A stretch of 64,000 nt of DNA from Candidatus Woykebacteria bacterium (GTDB taxonomy: Bacteria; Patescibacteriota; Microgenomatia; Woykebacterales; RBG-16-39-9b): assembly GCA_040876265.1 (NCBI GenBank), contig JBBDPN010000001.1:182208-246207 (forward strand), read 5' to 3'. The position numbers were made by a program, and so were the translations under genes. Shown piece by piece: positions 58,163 through 64,000 of the stretch (within the stretch, counting starts at the first letter, position 1; every line of letters starts with the position of its first letter). The notes below the pieces were generated by a model. That model made no database searches. It was given only the letters and a program-made list of their open reading frames with translations, and was not told the origin of the DNA.

Positions 58163-59047
58163 TTACTTGATTGTTATCGATCCAGCAAAAACCTCAATTT
58201 GGATGTCAACCCTAGTAAAAGAGGCATCAAAATCCTTAGTCTTGTATTCACCGTCTGCTTTTTTGTACCGTCCGTCAATAGAAAGGTTCTTCACTTTTGA
58301 GTCAATTTTTACCCGTGCCGCAATTTCTTTGGGTATAGTTATAGTCAGATTGGAAGCACTGGTAGAAATCTTTGCTCTGGACGAATAAGAGTCGCCAAAC
58401 GCTATTTTTAGATCCCCAGCCTTTGAATTTATCTCCAAATAGTCAACCCGTAAATTTTTTAAATTAATGTCTTGCCGAGAGGCCTCTGTATTTATTTGAA
58501 TTTCCAGCGGTATTTGGGTTGTGAGAGACAGGTCAGTATCATTTTTAAGGCTTGATATGATAGGTAGACCGGTCACTCCCATTTGGGCGATCCTGTATAT
58601 ACCTTGTCCAAAACTCTCCTCCTTGGAAACCTGGGGTTTGTTCGCCGCTTTGCTGTATGAAACCATACCGTTGATTAATTTACTTGAGCTCGTCGTCGAT
58701 TTTATATCCAAATTCGTTGCCGGCATATCGACGATTATTTTTGCCTTCGTGAGGGAACCTAAATCTTCTGCTATAGAAAGCTTTTCAGTCGCCAGAGGGT
58801 TTTTAGTAACTGGGTTCACTGCAAAAATTATTGGGATTAGAAAAATCAATAAGAGGAGGATCACAGTTGTTTTAAGAGAGATCGATTGGCCAATTAGATA
58901 TTCAACACCAATTAGAATAAGTAAAACCGGCCAAAATTTCCAAAGGTTAGTCCAGATGGACCAAGGCAAAAGACCAAAATTGTTTAAAAGAAAAATAGCA
59001 CCCAGAAGAATTAAAACAATCGGGGCTACCTTGAACTTGCTAATCAT
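58163..59047 (-). CDS. LiaF-like membrane protein (N-terminal TM helices, C-terminal beta-rich repeat domain)
   Basis: Three N-terminal TM helices, then Ser/Thr-rich beta-strand repeats resembling a DUF4097-type putative-adhesin domain. Confidence 0.45.
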   Translation of the reverse strand: MISKFKVAPIVLILLGAIFLLNNFGLLPWSIWTNLWKFWPVLLILIGVEYLIGQSISLKTTVILLLLIFLIPIIFAVNPVTKNPLATEKLSIAEDLGSLTKAKIIVDMPATNLDIKSTTSSSKLINGMVSYSKAANKPQVSKEESFGQGIYRIAQMGVTGLPIISSLKNDTDLSLTTQIPLEIQINTEASRQDINLKNLRVDYLEINSKAGDLKIAFGDSYSSRAKISTSASNLTITIPKEIAARVKIDSKVKNLSIDGRYKKADGEYKTKDFDASFTRVDIQIEVFAGSITIK

Positions 59048-59085
59048 TTAATCCTAGCATAGCCAAATATCAAATTCGCGTCAAA

Positions 59086-59502
59086 CTAATTTTGGATATC
59101 CTTTATTAAGGAACTTTTGTAAACTTTAGGTTTGAAGGGTCTTAGCCGGACAATTTTCAGTCCGTCCATTCGGTGCTTTTTAAGATCCTTTTTTAGCTTT
59201 GGTATTTTCGGTTTCTGATCGTAACCAAGCGCTAGTAAATCCGGACGATAAGTTCTAATGGTCTGGAAAAAATTGTGAGTTTTTGACCCAAGAATAACTT
59301 TATTAGCCACGCTAGCCCTCCGAAGGTTACGTGCCCTTTTTTTCTCATCGAATGTCGGTGGGCTATTTTTGGCCTGCTTTACAAACCGGTCTCTAGCCAC
59401 AACTACAATTAAATAATCGCCTAACTTCTTTGCTTGGCCAAAGAAATTTAAATGGCCTTTGTGCAAGATATCGTAAGTACCAAATACCATTACTCTTCTC
59501 AT
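59086..59502 (-). CDS. Cytidylyltransferase-fold nucleotidyltransferase, RibL-like (archaeal-type FMN adenylyltransferase-like)
   Basis: VFGTYDILHKGH (HxGH motif); VVARD...VKQ...ILGS...PDLLALGYDQ closely parallels RibL-type FAD synthetases. Confidence 0.55.
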   Translation of the reverse strand: MRRVMVFGTYDILHKGHLNFFGQAKKLGDYLIVVVARDRFVKQAKNSPPTFDEKKRARNLRRASVANKVILGSKTHNFFQTIRTYRPDLLALGYDQKPKIPKLKKDLKKHRMDGLKIVRLRPFKPKVYKSSLIKDIQN

Positions 59503-60248
59503 TAAATTTCTACCTCCAAACCGTCAAAAGCTACGTTAAAGTTTTTCCCACCAGTTTTTTGCACAAACCTCACTAATTCTTTATGCGGTAGGTTGCGATG
59601 GCCAATATGGATAAAATAAGTTGATTTAGCGAGCGACACACGTCCTAAAGAAACCCCTTCTATGATTGTCTGATGGTTTTGAGTAGGAATCCTCAGCTCC
59701 GAGCCATCGATAGCAATAGTTGTTCCTTTAATCTTTGCTTTTGTTTGAGGTGGTAGAGTTTTAAAATCAGGCGCCCAAAAGAAAGACCTTCCCTTTCCTT
59801 TAACAAAAATACCAAATGATGAATCGGTATGGTTTACTGGCAGAAGGGAAACCTGTAAATCATCTAGTACAACTGGTGTTGCAGCTTCGGTTTTTAAAAT
59901 CTCGTATTCTTTATAAAAAAAGAGCTTCTTGATCTTTTGAAATGTAGAGGGGTGAATAATTACTTTGATTTTCTTGCCGTTATAGATATGACCAAGATCC
60001 CACAATCCAAAGGTGTGATCTGGGTGCTCGTGAGTGATTGCGGCGTATTCTACTGCTGTTGGGTTCACACCAGCCGTGTTTAAGTGTAGATATGTGTCCG
60101 GACCAATGTCCAAGAGTAAGCGATCGTTTATCAGGGCCTGACTTCTGGTTCTTTTATCTCTAGGGTCTCTGGAAGTACATATTTTGTCGCTGCAACCAAG
60201 TCTAGGCAGCGGCCAACCCGCACTAGTTCCTAAAAATTTTATTTTCAT
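59502..60248 (-). CDS. MBL-fold metallo-hydrolase
   Basis: AITHEHPDH metal-binding motif. Start trimmed to the internal ATG (MKIKFLG...) so that it does not overlap tRNA-Leu. Confidence 0.7.
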   Translation of the reverse strand: MKIKFLGTSAGWPLPRLGCSDKICTSRDPRDKRTRSQALINDRLLLDIGPDTYLHLNTAGVNPTAVEYAAITHEHPDHTFGLWDLGHIYNGKKIKVIIHPSTFQKIKKLFFYKEYEILKTEAATPVVLDDLQVSLLPVNHTDSSFGIFVKGKGRSFFWAPDFKTLPPQTKAKIKGTTIAIDGSELRIPTQNHQTIIEGVSLGRVSLAKSTYFIHIGHRNLPHKELVRFVQKTGGKNFNVAFDGLEVEI

Positions 60249-60254
60249 CCAATT

Positions 60255-60339
60255 TGGTGCCAGAGGTGGGACTCGAACCCACACCCCTTGCGGGACACGG
60301 TCCTAAACCGTGCGCGTATACCAATTTCGCCACTCTGGC
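60255..60339 (-). tRNA. tRNA-Leu (anticodon UAG), class II with a long variable arm, CCA encoded
   Basis: Acceptor GCCAGAG/CTCTGGC, anticodon arm CACGG-TTTAGGA-CCGTG, variable arm CCC-GCAA-GGG, T-arm TGGG-TTCGAGT-CCCA. Confidence 0.85.
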
Positions 60340-60378
60340 AAGTGGGTGAATTTTACCTAAATTAGCTTTGAAAATCAA

Positions 60379-61176
60379 TTAACGGGTTTCCCTAGCTCTC
60401 GCAATTGCGCTGTTATGACTGGATAATTCCAATGTGTCATCCAGCGGGTCAATATTTATGTCCCTATACTTACGTTTCAGGGCCTTTTTTATCAAAAAGT
60501 CAGCGAAATGTGGATTTTTAGGCAAAACCGGTCCGTGCAAGTAGCAGCCGAAACAGTTTTCTTGGACGGCTCCTTCTGTTCTATCCTCGCCATTGTTTCC
60601 GTAACCAACTACAATATTACCTAAAGGAATAGATTTTTTACCCAAATACGTCTTTCCGCTGTGGTTTTCAAAGCCCACAATTGACTTTTCCAGATGAGCA
60701 TCCAATTTGCTATTTAATTCGATGACGATATTCCCTATCATTCGATCATTACTGGCAACGGTTACTACATCAAGAAGTCCAAGTCCCGGCAGCTGTGGTT
60801 CATTGAAGGGTTGGTAATAGTGCCCCATTAATTGGTATCCCCCGCAAATTCCAAGAAAAACCGCGCCCAATCGGGCTGCTTTACGAAGATCATCTCTTTT
60901 GTATTTCTGCAAATCCTCGGAGACAGATCTCTGCGCTTGATCTTGACCACCACCAAAAAAATAGATATCAAATCGGATTGGGTCCACTTTTTCTTTTAAA
61001 CCGATTTCTCTCACCGTTGTTTTTATACCGCGCCAAGCGGCTCGTCGCCAAATTGTTAAAATGTTCCCGCGGTCCCCATATGTGCTCATCTGCCTTGGGT
61101 AAAGCCAACCGATATTTAGTCTTGCTAATTGGATTTTATCTTTTTGCTTATCTCGCATTATTTCTAATCCTCCCAA
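60379..61176 (-). CDS. gatD: Lipid II isoglutaminyl synthase, glutamine amidotransferase subunit (GatD-like, CobB/CobQ-type GATase)
   Basis: Catalytic Cys in GICGGYQLMG; LNIGWLYP...YGDRGNILTI N-terminal region like S. aureus GatD. It overlaps murT by 13 nt. Confidence 0.7.
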   Translation of the reverse strand: MGGLEIMRDKQKDKIQLARLNIGWLYPRQMSTYGDRGNILTIWRRAAWRGIKTTVREIGLKEKVDPIRFDIYFFGGGQDQAQRSVSEDLQKYKRDDLRKAARLGAVFLGICGGYQLMGHYYQPFNEPQLPGLGLLDVVTVASNDRMIGNIVIELNSKLDAHLEKSIVGFENHSGKTYLGKKSIPLGNIVVGYGNNGEDRTEGAVQENCFGCYLHGPVLPKNPHFADFLIKKALKRKYRDINIDPLDDTLELSSHNSAIARARETR

Positions 61177-62546
61177 AAATTTTCACTAAAATTCTTTTTC
61201 GCAAGGATAGATTTCAAAGCCAACATTGCTGTATAAGTCGGTAAAATATACAAAGTCCCTCCTTTTGGGGTTTGGATCAGAGCTTCTTCAAAGCTCGCTT
61301 CAATATCGGTACTTATTTCCGGAGCCAGTTCGCCAGATGCGTATTTTAACCTTAGCGCCATATCATAAGCCCGCAGGCCGGTTGACCAAATTCTTTTGAC
61401 TTTGGGATCGTCGGTTAGGGATTCGATATCTACATCCCATAACCAGGAAACATCACGACCGTCAGCGATTAAATCATTAATGGCCAGTAAAACGTATTTA
61501 TCTTTCTTAATTAAAGCCAATACTCGGAGTATTTCATTAAACCCGGAAGGGTTCTTAATTAGAGCTATATAAATTCTTTTGCCTTCGAATTCTAATTTTT
61601 CGGAGCGCCCAAACGCCGCCTGCGTCCTCTGGAGTCCTCTTTTGATGGTAGCTAAATTGATCCCTAAAACCAACGCTGCAGAGATAGCAGCTAGGGTGTT
61701 ATAGACACTAAAAAGCCCGGGTAGAGCTACTTTAGCTTCAAAACTGCCTTTTGGTGTCGCAATATCCGCGGTGAAACCCTTTTCTTCATCCAAATTTACT
61801 TTTTTAGCGTAAATATCCGGTTGAGGTCTCTTTAAACCGCATGTTGAGCATTTATACTTACCTAAATGGGAAAGATAAACGGTTTCGAAACGTAGCTGTG
61901 AACCGCAGTTTATACAACTTGTGAAATCAGAAGCGTGGGGGAGTTTGCCTATAGAAAGAGATGTATCTTCCATCCCGAAGTAAACAACCGAAGCTTTGGT
62001 CTCGGAAGCTAGATGAGCAACAGAATGATCATCGCTATTTAGAACTAAGGTAGTCGTCGGAGGGATTTGTAGGAGAGATTTATGCCAGATTTTCCTGATT
62101 TTATCAACCTCACCATAACGGTCCAGCTGATCACGAAAAAGGTTATTAAAGACGATAACTTGGGGATCAAGGCTGTCGGTCGCTGCAAGTAGAGTAGGTT
62201 CATCCACCTCCAGAAGAGGAATTTTTTTCTCGACTCTGAATATTGAAAGATTTTCCACTAGAGTTCCAATTAAACCCCGAAGTAAGTTGGAACCAGCTCG
62301 ATTATGGACGTAAGAAATACTAGCTTCTTTTAATATTGTTCCCAGGATCCTGGAAGTAGTGGTTTTTCCGTTCGTCCCCGTTACTAGGATTGAACGATCG
62401 AAATAGTTACCTAACTTTCGTAGTGAATTTGGATCAATATATTCGGCCAAAAGTCCTGGCGCTGCTGTAGCACCGCGGCCAGATAATTTTAAAACTGTTC
62501 TTAAAACTGACGAAGAGGCAACCGCTGAGATAAGGCGAGCGTCCAT
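61164..62546 (-). CDS. murT: Lipid II isoglutaminyl synthase, Mur-ligase-like subunit (MurT-like)
   Basis: Mur ligase ATP site (VTGTNGKTTT), a Cys4 zinc-ribbon insertion (CINCGSQ...CSTCG) and a DUF1727-like C-terminus. Confidence 0.75.
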   Translation of the reverse strand: MDARLISAVASSSVLRTVLKLSGRGATAAPGLLAEYIDPNSLRKLGNYFDRSILVTGTNGKTTTSRILGTILKEASISYVHNRAGSNLLRGLIGTLVENLSIFRVEKKIPLLEVDEPTLLAATDSLDPQVIVFNNLFRDQLDRYGEVDKIRKIWHKSLLQIPPTTTLVLNSDDHSVAHLASETKASVVYFGMEDTSLSIGKLPHASDFTSCINCGSQLRFETVYLSHLGKYKCSTCGLKRPQPDIYAKKVNLDEEKGFTADIATPKGSFEAKVALPGLFSVYNTLAAISAALVLGINLATIKRGLQRTQAAFGRSEKLEFEGKRIYIALIKNPSGFNEILRVLALIKKDKYVLLAINDLIADGRDVSWLWDVDIESLTDDPKVKRIWSTGLRAYDMALRLKYASGELAPEISTDIEASFEEALIQTPKGGTLYILPTYTAMLALKSILAKKNFSENFWED

Positions 62547-62587
62547 GTAGTCATTATACTATGCATCTAAACTTTGACCTGGCTGTT

Positions 62588-63175
62588 TTAATGGTAACTT
62601 ATTAATTTCATATAACGCTCCACCCGAGAGGCCCATCTGGGGTTTTCAGCGTAGAAAGGGCCAATTTTCCAGTGGGTAATTTTACCCATATACCCCCATT
62701 TTTCATTTATGCCTTTAGCAACACTGGTGGATGCATCTTCCCAACTACGGAAATAAAATTTGCCGTTGTGCCAACCGTAAGCATTGTAAGAGCCGGCTGG
62801 TACGAATTGCCCAAAAGTGGATTCAACACCAGCAATCGCCGGTAAGAGTCGCCAGTCAAGGTTATACTTATCAGCTATCGCAACTAGATTTTTAGACTCC
62901 CCGGTCATTGGTAACTGCTGTGATTTTAAAAACCTTTCCAACCTTTGCACTCTATTATCTTTCTTCGCCTCGATTTTAGCCTTAATTGAATAAATTCCCT
63001 CTTTTTGGCTACCAAAATTAGAGGCCACTGGTTCATACGCCTCAAGGGTAGTTGGGTGTTTGAAAATTGTGGGGCTGGTCAAGAGAATGATTGAGGACAC
63101 TATGACCATGGCAGTCGCCCTAGGGATCGCCTTTAACATAGAGCCTCGGGTATCCGAGGCAAATAACGGCAACAA
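62588..63175 (-). CDS. Secreted protein with a GH73-like (N-acetylglucosaminidase-type) signature
   Basis: LPAIAGVESTFGQ...YNAYGW...FRSWEDAST follows the GH73 ES-G...N.FG...F..Y pattern. TTG start after GGAAG. N-terminal hydrophobic segment. Paralog of the next gene. Confidence 0.4.
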   Translation of the reverse strand: MLPLFASDTRGSMLKAIPRATAMVIVSSIILLTSPTIFKHPTTLEAYEPVASNFGSQKEGIYSIKAKIEAKKDNRVQRLERFLKSQQLPMTGESKNLVAIADKYNLDWRLLPAIAGVESTFGQFVPAGSYNAYGWHNGKFYFRSWEDASTSVAKGINEKWGYMGKITHWKIGPFYAENPRWASRVERYMKLISYH

Positions 63176-63250
63176 AAAAGCTTCCGCAAAATACGCAAAA
63201 GCTGCATTAGTTTAACAAATTTAGCAGGTTAAGTCAAGTCTCACACGGGG

Positions 63251-63862
63251 TTAATAGGCGTTTTCTGATATTTCTTCCATAGCGCTTCTGATAGCAAAAA
63301 CCCAAGTTGGACTGCCGCTCGATGTATACCGTGCCACGATAGTCTCTGGTGTTGTGAGGCCCTGGTCAATGTAATTTTCCTTCATTCTTATTGCCACCAA
63401 CTCTATCGCCTTTTCCCAGCTATCAAAACTGGCTCCGCTACTCTTTCCTGGATAAATTGCCCAGCCAAAAGGGTTATGTGATCCCTCCGGGATTTTTTTA
63501 CCAAGATTTGACTCCTGAAAGGCCAAAGCTGGAAGCAGGCGCCAGTCAAGACTATTTATGTCGGCGGCTTCCACAAATTTTAATCCTAAACCGGCCATAG
63601 GCGAATTATGCTTAGATAGAAATCTATCTACCAAAACGGGTCTGGCGTCTTGGCTCTGTATTGCTGAAAGCACGTCCCCGATATCTCCTGATATGTTTTC
63701 AGGAGCTGTAAAAATATCACGTGAGGAACTGGCAATTAGGAAATCCATCCCGTCTATCTGCTTAAGTCTATTATAAAAGGTACCCGCACCAATTATTAGA
63801 CTTATAGACGCTAGAAACCAAATTAAAAAAGTGGCCAGGACAAAGATAACTCTTTTATGCAT
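63251..63862 (-). CDS. Secreted protein with a GH73-like signature, second paralog
   Basis: LPALAFQESNLGK...HNPFGW...FDSWEKAIE. Start trimmed to the internal ATG (after AAGGTG) to avoid tRNA-Gly. N-terminal TM or signal segment. Confidence 0.4.
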   Translation of the reverse strand: MHKRVIFVLATFLIWFLASISLIIGAGTFYNRLKQIDGMDFLIASSSRDIFTAPENISGDIGDVLSAIQSQDARPVLVDRFLSKHNSPMAGLGLKFVEAADINSLDWRLLPALAFQESNLGKKIPEGSHNPFGWAIYPGKSSGASFDSWEKAIELVAIRMKENYIDQGLTTPETIVARYTSSGSPTWVFAIRSAMEEISENAY

Positions 63863-63878
63863 TTTCACCTTCGATAAA

Positions 63879-63953
63879 TGGAGCGGGCGACGGGATTCGA
63901 ACCCGCGACCTTCTCCTTGGCAAGGAGACACTCTACCACTGAGCTACACCCGC
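63879..63953 (-). tRNA. tRNA-Gly (anticodon GCC), CCA encoded
   Basis: Acceptor GCGGGTG/CGCCCGC, anticodon arm TCTCC-TTGCCAA-GGAGA, T-arm CGGG-TTCGAAT-CCCG. Confidence 0.85.
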
Positions 63954-64000
63954 GCGAGGCAAAATTATATCTCGCTACAGAAAAAAGAGTGCGCTGTAAA

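Noticed and set aside
59502-60284. Extended start of the MBL-hydrolase ORF at 60284
   Set aside because: It would overlap the 3' end of tRNA-Leu. The internal ATG at 60248 (MKIKFLG) was used instead.
63251-63931. N-terminal 23 codons of ORF 63251..63931 (MSPCQGEGRGFESRRPLHL...)
   Set aside because: They translate the tRNA-Gly gene (GGGTTCGAATCCC reads as GFESRR). The real start is the ATG at 63862, which has an AAGGTG ribosome-binding site.

Overview
This 64-kb window reads like a reduced-genome, low-GC bacterium with small proteins and trimmed aminoacyl-tRNA synthetases. Its gene content is CPR/Patescibacteria-like (Saccharibacteria-like); that placement is an inference, not a measurement. 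Most of the window is housekeeping. One long minus-strand stretch carries thrS-tsaC-infC-rpmI-rplT-pheS-pheT, with tRNA-Val and clpP just beyond thrS. Another carries tyrS-recG-rpmF-nusB-acpP-rnc-rpsP-KH-trmD. There is also a holB-gyrB-gyrA unit, glyA, dinB, a bifunctional PBP1A, and three tRNAs (Val-GAC, Leu-UAG, Gly-GCC). The largest coherent system is a secretin-less type IV pilus locus at 28.9-40.8 kb (pilB, pilT, pilC, pilD, six pilin or pseudopilin genes, a PilX-like gene, pilM, pilN, pilO). Its sigma70-like promoter has a perfect 8-bp palindromic operator sitting in the -35/-10 spacer. Other loci worth a second look are these: (1) segments of visibly higher G+C that carry lipid-handling genes (DegV, PlsC, an acyl-ACP desaturase-like diiron protein, a GHSLG esterase, a partial patatin gene) and a pair of hypothetical genes, one of them Cys-rich; (2) an LPXTG-anchored Lys/His-rich surface protein behind a consensus TTGACA-17-TATAAT promoter, with no sortase in the window; (3) an ACP homolog whose phosphopantetheine-attachment Ser is replaced by Thr; (4) a murT-gatD (lipid II amidation) pair next to two paralogous secreted proteins with a GH73-like signature (weak assignment); (5) a GC-rich, apparently non-coding interval of about 0.65 kb that holds a 99-nt tRNA-like element with an encoded ACCA end but no canonical cloverleaf; (6) a 13-nt tandem direct repeat upstream of clpP. 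No CRISPR array, rRNA, transposase or integrase is visible. All family assignments are from motif reading by eye; no database searches were run.
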